NCBI GenBank assembly: GCA_030390025.1
Contig: CM059447.1
Location: forward strand, 6,572,001-6,636,000
Length of the DNA: 64,000 nt
Source of the DNA: Squalus acanthias
Taxonomy: Eukaryota
Reading direction: 5' to 3'
Positions 24,387-35,663 of the stretch are shown one piece after another. The notes beneath the pieces are model-generated. The model was not told where the DNA came from and did no database searches. It saw only the letters and a program-made list of their open reading frames with translations. Both the position numbers and the translations under genes were made by a program. Every line of letters starts with the position of its first letter. Position 1 is the first letter of the stretch.

Positions 24387-25214
24387 GGGGGCGATTTTGT
24401 TAATGGGGACGCGTTGGAGGCGGGACTGCTGCTTGTCGGGTTGATGTCCCGCCTCCATCGATTTGTGGCCAACCCACGCTATTTTCCCTTGATTGACCTT
24501 GTTAAGCCCGCGTAGCGGGCTTAGCAGGCCAATCAAGGGAAATCCAGTTGCAGAGCACATCAACGTATGACGTTTCATCTGTCAAAAATTTTGACAGATG
24601 AATTGTCATCGTTTGACAGCTCTGTGAAGCTGTCAAACAGTGACATTCTCTGCAGTTTGATGAGATCTTGCATACAAGACCTCATCAACCTTCTTTCTTT
24701 TACAGAAATGAGATGGTTGTTGCATATGAGAATGCAACGGCCATCTCTCATCTGCAACACGGAGGTCCGAGACTCTCCGCATACAAACCGACTGAAGCCT
24801 GCAGGAAGAAACAAAAGGTAAGTACACTTTTAAAAACACTTTGCACTTACCTCAGATACTCACCTCTACACTCTTGCACCCATCACTTACCTTCGCACCA
24901 CACTTTTGCACCACCCCTGACCCCCGCAGACCCAGTACTCGCTGAGCTGAGCTGAGCTGGCGTGTTTTGGAGCCTTCGGGAAGCCCGCACTTGGAGGGCA
25001 AAAAGGGGATAATCCTATTTTCTACCTGTTAACAGGCAGTTAATAGGCTTTAATCCCTTCCCGCCTCCAAGGAGACGGGACCCAGTGCGGGATGGCTACC
25101 CGCCTCCTGGGAAGATGGCATGGAGGCGGGTTGGGCACCCGCCCCCAAATTCTGCCATTTTCCCGGCAGTCCCGCCTCCATACCCGCCTCCCCAGGGTTG
25201 GCAAAATCGCCCCC
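24387..25214. mobile_element. Harbinger-type non-autonomous element
   Basis: Perfect TIRs GGGGGCGATTTTG / CAAAATCGCCCCC, flanks TAT/TAC, subterminal sequence shared with the end of the 22250-23875 element. Confidence 0.8.
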
Positions 25215-25304
25215 TACATTTCAAAAGTACTTCATTGGCTGTAAAGCACTTTGGGAGGTGCTGAGGTTGTGAAAGGTGCTATATAAATGCAAGTTCTTTC
25301 TTTC
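25215..25304 (+). mobile_element. Deu-domain SINE (SacSINE1-like) 3' tail; upstream part at ~24339-24386
   Basis: catttcaaaagtacttcattggctgtaaagc...gctatataaatgcaagttctttc matches the copy at 43397-43616. Confidence 0.75.
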
Positions 25305-26527
25305 TAAGTGACTCATTGCAAAGATAATGGCACATATAATGAAAGGGCAGTGTAGTCACAGAGAGATGGTTTGAGGACAGAAAGCAAAGGGTATGATTAA
25401 AAGGGAAGCTTCTCAGACTGGACAGATGTAGTGAGTCATGTTTCATAGTGGTCATAATGCATAATAAATAAAAGCAATGTACAGAAATATTTTGGACTTG
25501 GGAACTGAGGGAACAAGATCAAAATTTGCTGATGATGCCAAATTTGGGGTGGGTGGGAGGGCGGTGGCGGGGAAAGAGTTACAAATTGTGACAAAGACTG
25601 TGAAAGTCTCCAGAAGGGCACATATAGGTTAGCAGGAAGGATGGATAGGTGGAAGATGCAATGGGTCTAAAGGTACAGAAATATAAAATAATACATTTTG
25701 GAAGCAAGAACAGGGAAAGGAAATGCATCTTAACTAGTAAGATTTTAAATGGACCAGAGGAGTAAAGGGACTTTGGTAGAAGATACACAAGTCATTAAAT
25801 GTGGCAGTGCAAGTAGATAAAACTATACAAAAGGTGCAAATGGAATCCTTGTACAAAAGCAAGATTTTACAATTTGAACCAGTAGTAAAATGCTTGAAGC
25901 ATATGAAAATTGAATATATACTGGAAAATAAACCTGAGTCACTGGCAATTTTAATTTCAAGAACATCTTTCAGTCATTTCATGGTCTCATTCACATCCTA
26001 TTTGATTTGTCACATTAGTTCCTTCAAAATCCATTTATACTGTATTTGTAAAGGAACAATAATAAAACATACAACAAAAAGTGATTTTGTTCATACTGTC
26101 AAGATTTGACAGACTAAAACCCTCCATTACAAGGGAATCCTAGAGAAAGTCTTGCTTTTAAACCCAATTCTTACTCTTGGAACATTCACATCTATTATCC
26201 TTAGAAACAGCACACCTACATAGAGCATTTAACAGATTTAAAATGTTATGACAGCTCTCCAAAAGCACTGCTGATACACTGCTTCCAATTGCACTGTGTA
26301 TGACTCACAATGTGGTTGGCGGTCTTACTAGACAAAGAGCATGTGTGGGGGGGAAACTACCCTTCATATTAGTCACTTTAAAAAAAAGTTATTAGAAAGT
26401 TTTAAAATGCACTTTGGTTAGTTTAAGGGTATAGTTTTGGAGAATTGAAAAAGACTGTACTGAGAGTATCAGCCATTTTAGTGCAAAACTGGGGACAGAA
26501 TATCCCTAACATGCAACACTTGTATTA

Positions 26528-26622
26528 CAGTGGTATTCTATATGGTAGAATAACCGCCAGTGGTATTCTATATGGTAGAATAACCGCCAGTGGTATTCTA
26601 TATGGTAGAATAACCGCCAGTG
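26528..26622. repeat. Tandem repeat, 30 bp x 3 perfect copies
   Basis: cagtggtattctatatggtagaataaccgc repeated exactly. Confidence 0.95.
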
Positions 26623-27909
26623 TCATCACATCAATTTTATTATGAATCAACATCACTTTGGTACAACTGCAGCAGTGGCCAGAGTCTGGAAATGGATCGC
26701 TTGCATGTGTCCATTGGACATTAGTCACAAAATGCCCAGTTAAAATGCCAATCGGTGATACTAGTCGTATTCTTTGTTTTTCCCATCACTGTAAACCCCA
26801 CAAAACCTGATGAATTTGTGGATATTGACAGCTGTACGTACTAATTGGTTTTCTAAGATATCTTCAACACCCAATAAACGAAAGGTGAATGGAAAGCAGT
26901 TTAAACATTTTTTTAAAAAGACAACAGCTGTCACCAAATGGGGTAGTCGCTCTCAAAACAACATTTTCTGGCATGTACATTGCTTTAAAGGCCTACAAAA
27001 AGCAGCAAGTTAAATATTATACTGAACAACACTATTAAATTTAATACAGTCATTGGATTTTTCTTGTACCTCATAGTTTCTGCTTTTCGCCACTCAAGAT
27101 TAGTTTGGAGTTCCAGTAAAAAAAATGTCTAACCAGCTAATTTAAAATAGACTGCAGTCACCGGATGAGGCAAAGACTGAGGAGGGGCCCAATTTAAGCA
27201 CACATAAAAATGAGGCATGTTGAGGCAAGTTATTGTTCTACAGAGGAAGAACCAGTGCCTTGTGATTCTAAGAACACTGGAGCATCAGCACACAGCGTTC
27301 CTGAGTACAAAGCACACAAGCCCAAATGCTTTCAGACTATAAATTGTAATAAGCTCATTTGTGCTCAGCTAATGTGGGCCTGCAAGTGGTGCGATAACAC
27401 ATCACAGAGCCACAAGGATTCTCAGCAACACGTCATAGCAACAGCACATTCGGCTGAAGTGTTTAGTATGGTTATGTCTCCATGGCATCAGGCACACAAA
27501 ATAAATTTTGTTTGGGAAGTAAGGAGTCGCACATTACTGCATTTCACTTCTCTCAAATGCCTATTTGCTGCTCGTTTCTCTAAACTCAGTTCTGGTCTAT
27601 ATCACTGTATGGTGCTGGATATTGGTCTGCTCCATAAAAGTGGGCAACTATAGTAAACAAAAATGTGAACATTTTAGAAGGACTTTCACTGAACAGTAGT
27701 ACAAAAAATGAGGTCCTAGGCTGATGAAAAATTTTAACTTGTGGACCTTACTAGATATAATCCTCTGGTTGCACGGACGGGAAGCAGAAAGAACATGAAA
27801 CAGCTTCAAAACGCATGAGCAGCTCAATATCATTTTTTTTTTAAAAAGGCAGAAAAGCAAGTCTAAATTTCTAGATATATTTTACACAGTAGGTACCAGA
27901 AGAGAGTAA

Positions 27910-28156
27910 GGGGGCGATTTTCCCAGCCCTGGGGAGGCGGGTATGGAGGCGGGACTGCCGGGAAAATGGCAGAATTTGGGGGCGGGTGGCAAACCCACCC
28001 CCAAACCGTCTCCATGCCATCTTCCCAGGAGGCGGGTTGCCGTCCCGCGCCAGGTCCCGTCTCCTTGGAGGCGGGAAGGGATTAAAGCCTATTAACTGCC
28101 TGTTAACAGGCAGAAAATAGGATTATCCCCTTTTTGTCCTCTCAAGTGCAGGTTTC
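27910..28156. mobile_element. Solo end of the 24387-25214 element family, inverted
   Basis: Starts GGGGGCGATTTT; reverse complement of ~24984-25214. Confidence 0.85.
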
Positions 28157-28254
28157 TTTCCATCAGAGCTCAACTAACTGTCTGATTCTAAGAGCAGGTC
28201 AAAAAATAGCATATTTTACAGAAACATTTATCTTTTACCAAGGTAACCACAACC

Positions 28255-28858
28255 AGTAAAACCCTCATCCATTCCTTTGTTACCTCTAGACTTGACTATT
28301 CGAATACTCTCCTGGCCAGCCTCCCATCTTCCACCCTCCATAAACTTGAACTCATCCAAAACTCTGCTGCCCGTATCTTACCTTGTACCAAGACCTGTTG
28401 ACCCATCACCCCTGTGATCGCTGACTTACATTGGCTCCCAGTCTGGCAACGCCTCGATTTAAAAAGTCTCATCCTTATTTTCAAAATCCCTCCATGGCCT
28501 TGCCTCTCCCTATCTCTGTAACCTCTTCCAGCCCTACAACCCTCCGAGGTGTCTGCGCCCCTCCAATTCTGGCCTCATGCGCATCCCCAATTTTAATCGC
28601 TCCACCATTGGCAGCTGTGCCTTCAGCTGCCTAGGCCCTAAGCTCTGAAATGAACTCCCTAAACCTCTCCACCTCTCTGGATCTCTCTCCTCTTTAAAGG
28701 CACTCCTTAAAATCTACCTCTTTGACCAACCTTTTGGTCACATGCCCTAATCGCTCCTTATGTGGCTCGGTGTCAAAACAATTTTGAGAACGCTCCTGTG
28801 AAACGTCTGGGGACGTTTTACTACGCAAAAGGCGCTATATAAATGCATGTTGTTGTTG
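28255..28858 (+). mobile_element. L2-clade LINE 3' fragment
   Basis: Translates [39 protein letters not shown]; tail ggcgctatataaatgcatgttgttgttg. Confidence 0.9.
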
Positions 28859-29230
28859 TAAAATAGATCTTCTTGAAGACTAAAAAGGTTTAAGTTTGTG
28901 AACTCTAAATTTTAATGGGACCCACACACTGCTTGAATGCTTCCACAGAAAGGTTAATCTTAAAAATGCAATTATTCTAATTATAGTGCAAGTCTTTATG
29001 TAAGCCAAGTACTGGAGAAAGAAAAAACATCTTGCTACTCCTACTGTGTTGCTTTTTATGCTATTCAGTGAAATTGCACATATATCAGCATACTGCTACG
29101 TGCCAAGACTAAGGGATTTTACAATTTGAGAACATATGTATTCAAGGCATTCATTAAAATTTAATATATAGAGAGTTCTCAATGATTCGAATAGTCCAAA
29201 GCAGCTAACAGGAATCAAACAGCTGCTGCA

Positions 29231-29331
29231 ACCATATTAACCATAATTTACAGCTCTATTCTGGACCATATTAACCACAATTTACAGCTCTATTCTGGAC
29301 CATATTAACCACAATTTACAGCTCTATTCTG
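29231..29331. repeat. Tandem repeat, 34 bp x 3
   Basis: accatattaaccacaatttacagctctattctgg. Confidence 0.95.
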
Positions 29332-30120
29332 AATTTTGTTAAACTCATTATCTTCATTGATATATCACAAAGATACTTATTCAGGAGCAATCATCACTTT
29401 ATATGGGATATATAATTTCTCCATAAGAGATTGCCATCAGCATTCAGTATGAAAACTGGTAGAGAGAACCAGGCTCTCATCATTCCTACTCTAGCGTAAA
29501 GCCACATAAGAAACTGTGTCCCTCCAGTGATTCAACTGGTCAATTAAGCAGTGTTTTATTAGTAAACTATACAGGCCAGGGAGGTCGCAGCTTCTATCCC
29601 TTGAGTTAACTAATCGCAGCTGGAGCATCACTGGCAGCACTACAATTGGCCACAGCTTCCGTAGGCTAGGGAGGGGAAAATAAATCAGCCAGGGTTTCTG
29701 CTTGATTGTTATCCAGGGGTCTTTGCTGGAACAAGTTACTGATACTAAAAGATGCAGATACAATATATGTAATACTGTTTATCTATCACTTTAGAAAATA
29801 TGTTCAAGATGCAAATAATGGTTTAATCTTCCCTGGGGATTGAGTTCTGCTTCCCTGGTTGGAAATTTCACCTGAGCTTTGGGTGCTGAGGATTTCCAGC
29901 TCCTGGGACTGATTTTTGTGGGGAAATTCATTGCAGGTATTTCTAACATCAAACTATTAATTTTAGGGGTAAGCTTAACAATTTTAGCTAAATTTATTTA
30001 ATTCTTATGATTTTTTTAAATCAACATATTTGGCTGGGTGAAAAATCATATTGGTGGCTGCAACTGCTTTGGAAGAAAGTAAATTGAGAAAATGTATTCA
30101 CAAGTGCATATAAGGTTAAT

Positions 30121-30864
30121 GGGCCGTAATTTGTGACCCCTACGGGTGTGTACGAGGTGTGCACGACCCGTAAGGGCCGCGCATGCGTGAAAACACGGAA
30201 CTTGTGAACTATCAAGAATTCTCTTGACAGATGATCCGCATCCCCGGGAGAAGGGCCTCCGCGGGCGGAGAGTTGCCCTATTTGCCCAACTTCTGCCCAG
30301 CAAATGCCCTTGAAATTCTTATGCCTGGTAAAAACAGGAGCAAGGCCTGCTTTTACCAGCGTAAGAGTTTTAAAAAAAATAGAAAAATAAAATGTTATCA
30401 CTTATTTATACATTAAAAACCCTGTCCAATAAGGTAAGTTTATTTTTAGCCCCGATAAAACATAAGCTTTTTCAAAAAATTAAATTTTTGTTTAAATATT
30501 TAATTAAATGGCATTTTAATTAATTTTAAATATGTAATTAAAAAAAAATTATTTCATGTGTTCGTGTATTTTTTTTTTAAAGTGATCCCCATTCATACTT
30601 ATGGGAGTTCCGTACATACGGAATCCCCATAAGTATGAATGGGGATTCCCCTTCTTTCATTGGTTGGGCCGGCCCACGTGATCCCAGAGGTGCTTGCAAA
30701 CCGCCTGCGCCCCAGGATACGTGGGCCTCTACCCGCGGGTACCCGGAGAGGCCCAGGAGCGCGAATCTACGAACCTCCCGGACCACCAGGTAAATTCGTA
30801 GATTTTTTGTAGGTCGGAGGCATCCGCCCGCTCGTGGAAAGCCTCCGACCGCAAATTTTGGGCC
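30121..30864. mobile_element. MITE with PIF/Harbinger-like ends
   Basis: Ends GGGCCGTAATTTG / CAAATTTTGGGCC, AAT on both flanks, internal hairpins. Confidence 0.75.
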
Positions 30865-31442
30865 AATTTGTCAATATAGATGTTCACCCACCCAAATCAC
30901 CACACAATTGTATTTTTCCAAATAGTAGGTGGTCTGACTACAATGTATTTTTTCTGTTCAAAAAGAGTCCAAGCTTTAACCCAATATTCAAAACAAAGCA
31001 ACTGCAAGTTCCCATTTCTTAGTCTTCAGGGAAAATTTTAATTTCATTTTTTTTGGTGAATTCTTGTTTGTCAAATGGCCAACATCAGCATTAAATGAAT
31101 AAACAGTTTTTCACTGTAAACACCCAGTTTCGACATCGAGCACTCCCAGGTCAGGTGCAGCACAGTCAGATACACAACAAAACTCATCCCAAAAATGTAC
31201 TTTAGCTTGAATCTCAGATGAGCATCTGCTACTACATCAATGCACCATTTCCATTTACCAACAGCAGCCATTCTTATGGCCTTGCTGAGCAAGACTGGCA
31301 ATTTAGTGCCAAATTACAGAAGATGTGTACTGTGTACCCATGCTCACTAGGAACTGGGTTGAACCTAACTTCACAGAGGCTCCTTTGAGTTGTTTTTCCA
31401 TCCCATTCAGATTCCAAAGAGGAAAAGACCAGTGGTCTAACC

Positions 31443-32840
31443 CAGGGGTTCTCAACCTTTTTGCTTCTGAGGTCCCCCTCCAGTGTTATAAAAATTCCAC
31501 GAACTCCCTGTCACGCAACTCAAGTATTTCTGTATAAAAATTCTCTCAGCGCCGCTCCCACTCACCAGGTTGCCGCTGCTATCCCAGCACTCCAGAAAAT
31601 ACTGGTCCCCCATGTCCATCTCACTCCCTCTTTTCCTCTACAATAGCCCCAATCACCGGACCCCCAGTTTTCCTCTTTCCCCTGCAACCCCCAACTCCCT
31701 CACCAACTGTTCCCGGCACATCAGCCGGTCCAAGTTCTCTGCTTGATTGTCAAACAGCCTTTCTCCCCGCCCCCATCTCCAATATTTTTAGAACTAATGA
31801 ACAAAAGTATACAATGAAAGTGAAAAAACACAATTTTTTTTTTAAGGCCCGAATGATTTTTCTCCCAAATTGCTGGCAGCAGTGTCCAAATTAATGTTTT
31901 ATTCAGGTGTGAACAAGCAGGTCTGCTTGTGATGCCCTCCTTGGTACAGCAAGACTGCCAACACTCGAGGTATAGGCGCGCAGGTGAAGAATGAATGAGG
32001 TTAGGCACCAAAGCACAGCCAGCACCCTTGTAACTATACTACAGTGCGAGTCAACACTTTGAAGACAGCGGGAGAGAAAGTGGGGGGGGGGGGGGGGGAG
32101 GAGAAATTAGACAGTGCAGAATATTTAAATGAGTTTGCAAACTGTTTCAGTTTTGCTGGTAATGAGTGTCAATCCTAATAGTTTCATAATGTTGACATAT
32201 TCCGCTCTTCTTCCTCCAGGAAGACAGCGACTCACTGTTTGACCCCAGCAGCTCCTTTCCTCCTTGCAGCTGCCGCGTATTTCCTTGCCCCTTCTTCATT
32301 TGATTGACAATCCCGACGGTGCAAATAACAAAAAAAAATTCTGAATGGGTTACAGTTGTCACTGGTGATGTATGGCAGTGAGAGGATTCAGAGAGCGAGG
32401 GGTGAAATTAGAAGAGCAACTGCCCCAATCAGCCCGGAGGAGGGGAACAACAACAACCCATGCAGTGCGGCGTTAGGACAAGTGTGGTGGGGTGATGAAA
32501 AATACAGCAGGACCTGGCGAGAGGAGAGCGGAGGACAGAAAGCTCGAGCCGGGGGGGGGGATCTGCGATCTGCGCCCGCCGCTCTCTCCCTTCTCAGCGA
32601 GCGGGGTCCTGGGCTCAGCAGCAGCAGATGCTGCCGTCATCGCACAGATGTTCGGGAGGGAGGAAACAGAGGTCCGAGTCGGGACCGGAGCCGCCAGTTT
32701 GCTCAGCTCGATCCCACCTTTATGCGACGGTGTATTTTTCTTCTTAATTTTTTTATAAATATGATTTTTTTTTATAATCCCAGGAGTTATTTATGGCGGA
32801 CCACTTGAAATCTTCACAGACGCCCAGTTGAGAACCCCTG
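31443..32840. mobile_element. Non-autonomous hAT (Charlie-like) transposon
   Basis: Perfect 14-bp TIR CAGGGGTTCTCAAC and perfect 8-bp TSD GTCTAACC (31435-31442, 32841-32848). Confidence 0.92.
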
Positions 32841-32979
32841 GTCTAACCTACTAGGCTACTCAGCCTCACAAAAAGAAGGAAATTTAAAATAATTTCCCCC
32901 AAGAGAATTTTTCTGAAACATTTCCAAAAGGAGTTCAAATAACTGATCATGTGAAGAACCACCAGGGGCAAGTCCATAC

Positions 32980-33117
32980 CTGCATCTCTTTTTCTCCATA
33001 TTTCTGTGGGTTCCTGCTCCCATGGCTCTTTCTTCTAAGTTTCTTCAGCTCTGCATGGCACTTTTCCAGTGACTCCAGCCTGGCTTTATGTTCGGCTTGA
33101 TACTTCTTCAATGTTGC
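32980..33117 (-). CDS. BAIAP2: IRSp53/BAIAP2-family exon 6 equivalent, IMD domain with basic patch
   Basis: 138 nt, CCCTTTAG / GTATGG; [46 protein letters not shown]. Confidence 0.95.
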
Positions 33118-34861
33118 CTAAAGGGAAAAATGTAAATAAAAATAACTTAACAAAACTGGCAATGGTGACAATATTACTTTCGCAACAGGAAGGAGGCCTG
33201 CCTTTGTTGTGGGATAATAAAGTAGAAGGAACATGGAGTAAAAGGCAAGATTTCATTTTTTTTTTTAAAGTCAGTCAGTACGCAATTATGGTATTGATTT
33301 CAAACTGCTTTTTTTTTAATTCATTCATGGGATGTGGGCGTCGCTGGCAATGCCAGCATTTATTGCCCAACCCAATGCTCAATTTTAGTTCAATTCATCT
33401 TCTAATGGTTCCTGACACACTGATCTGTCAGCTATATATTATGAGGTTTATCAGTTCACACCCACCAGTAAAATATATGTGTGAGAACCTGTCCTGGCTT
33501 TCTAAAACAGACAAAATATGATAAGGCTTTGGTTTGCCAATAAAAGTAGCCACATCTTGTTCTATTATCCATTATGCAGCAAGGTTTGAATCCAACAGCT
33601 AAAGATAGGAGACTTGAAGGAACAATCCTAAGAGGCTTCTGTGAAGTGCCTTCGAGCATTTTATTTCATTAAAGGTGCTATATAAACGCAAGTTGCTGTT
33701 GTTGGTGTTGAGGCCACCCGGTCCAAGTAATGAGAATTGCATTTCTTGCAGTGGATATTAAAAACATGCCAGACACACCAAAAAATAAACTACTGGAAGT
33801 GAACTAATTCCTCAAGGCACATAAGCTGTGTAATGTACAGTTATGAAAATTTTGACTGGCAGCATGAGGAGGTCTTGGAGCTAGCAGCAAACAAAGACGG
33901 TCACAAACCATCTACAAATTTGACTGCATTTAGTGAAATGGAATTGCCTCTGTAACTTGAGACACTAATGTATAATGTCCACCATGACATCTTATTGTTT
34001 GCATTCATCACTCAAGATTAGTAAATTAGTATCGTTAATATGTTACACCTAATTTCAAAAGCAGGTTCACTCAGCTCACTTTAACTTAAATTTCTCTGAA
34101 TCAATGGTCCGCTTCTGATGCCAGTGATTCAGACAAACAGAATACAAGTTTAAAAAGGTTGATAAGTCAAGAAAATGCAAAACACACACAAAACTTAATG
34201 GGTCTTAGAACTCAAATGTGTGCCTCTGTTGAGGTATGAATGCTCAACTTTGTCCCCGTGACACATTAACCCAAACATTTTAATTGATAAAGTGAATCAC
34301 ATGCTAGCTTACCAGCTAAATAATACAGAAAAAGCTGCAATGACTGGATTGGATGAAATAATAACACGTCAGCAACTGTGACCTGTGCAAAATTTAATTA
34401 CAATGTATAAAGCCCATCATTCCAGAATGGCACTGCAACAATTCACACTGCAGCAGCTAACAATACATCTGTAGCACCTGCCGAAAGCACCTGCTGTGGC
34501 AGGAAACTTTTCCCAAAAGCCAATATGGCAGATCTGAACCAGAATTTTCACGGGGAAGATAGTCCAGGAACCAAGGCAGCCTGAAAAAAACTTCCCAAAC
34601 CACCACTCTTTCCTTATAAATGACAGGTGGATAAGGAACATTTTCAAAGCTGTAATTCAACCCTGGAGTTCATAACACTTACAGTCTGAACCACTATTAG
34701 ATTACAATCTTGTAATCAGTTCATGCCATCTTTTTATTTTGCATTTGAAAACATACCTTTTTTTTTTGCTGTAATATTACATGATAAAAAGTGAACTGAA
34801 AGATTAATATGAGCTTATTAATCAAATGGTGCGACAGCACAGAATTCAGCCTGAAACTTAC

Positions 34862-34933
34862 ACTCAAGTACTTGGCATCTAACTCAACCTTCTGCTCCAG
34901 TTGCGTAAGCAGCTCACCGTGGAACACTTTCAA
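34862..34933 (-). CDS. BAIAP2: IRSp53/BAIAP2-family exon 5 equivalent, IMD domain
   Basis: 72 nt, TTTCAG / GTAAGT; LKVFHGELLTQLEQKVELDAKYLS (embedded in ORF 34721..35095). Confidence 0.95.
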
Positions 34934-35146
34934 CTGAAACAGCAAGAAAACGTCAGCTGTACGACTTACAACATTCAATTTTAATAATGTCAAGAGCACA
35001 AGAATCCCCCTGAACACCCACACACAGATACTCACACACACCCACGCTGCGGAGACACTGATTGTACCTTGGATCCTCAGATTAATCATGTGCAAGTGAT
35101 GCTTCCCTCCTCCACCAGTTCAGCTCCTTAAAAGCTATAATTTTAC

Positions 35147-35170
35147 CACACACACACACACACACACACA
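35147..35170. repeat. (CA)n microsatellite
   Basis: About 12 CA units. Confidence 0.9.
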
Positions 35171-35601
35171 TTCTCTCAACGCTAATTAACTTGGATTTTT
35201 ACCCTGTCAACAGAGGTGCCGATTACAATTCTGTTCCAGCTCTCTTCCCCTAATCAATAATTGCATCTTCTAAATGGATCATTAAATATCTCAAAGAGAA
35301 AAGACGACCATTTTGATTCGTACTTGAATAAAATAAAACTGCTATACAGCAGGCAGAATTTTAATTTGCTGGCTAAATGTCAAACACATTTCTCTCAACA
35401 GGCAAATAGGATTTGAACGCAGATGTGAGTGTCTAATCTGGCAAAAGTATATTCATTTTTAGCTATTTCAGCTAAAACAGTATCCCCTTTACAAGAAAAA
35501 ATAGAACAGAATTTAATCACTTGACAGAAACCGTCGCTCATCAGGTACAAGCTCTCGTGAATCAAATCGCGCACTCACACTACCTTAAAAGGAATACTCA
35601 C

Positions 35602-35663
35602 CATTTCTTCAAGCTGTATCTGGATTTGCCTGTGGACCTCTGCCATCTGGAACAAGACATCCC
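35602..35663 (-). CDS. BAIAP2: IRSp53/BAIAP2-family exon (human exon 4 equivalent), IMD/I-BAR domain
   Basis: 62 nt, TTTGCAG acceptor and GTGAGT donor; translates (G)DVLFQMAEVHRQIQIQLEEM, nearly identical to human IRSp53 DVLFQMAEVHRQIQNQLEEM. Confidence 0.95.

Larger units (their letters stand above)
24245..25860 (+). mobile_element. Decayed CR1 reverse transcriptase fragment, split by nested insertions
   Basis: EFFEEIT...MDLQKAFNK before 24338; RDRKQRV-like and KFADD (aaatttgctgatgat, ~25521) motifs after 25304. Confidence 0.7.

Noticed and set aside
32356-32808. 150-aa ORF
   Set aside because: Lies in the GC-rich interior of the hAT element; no recognisable domain
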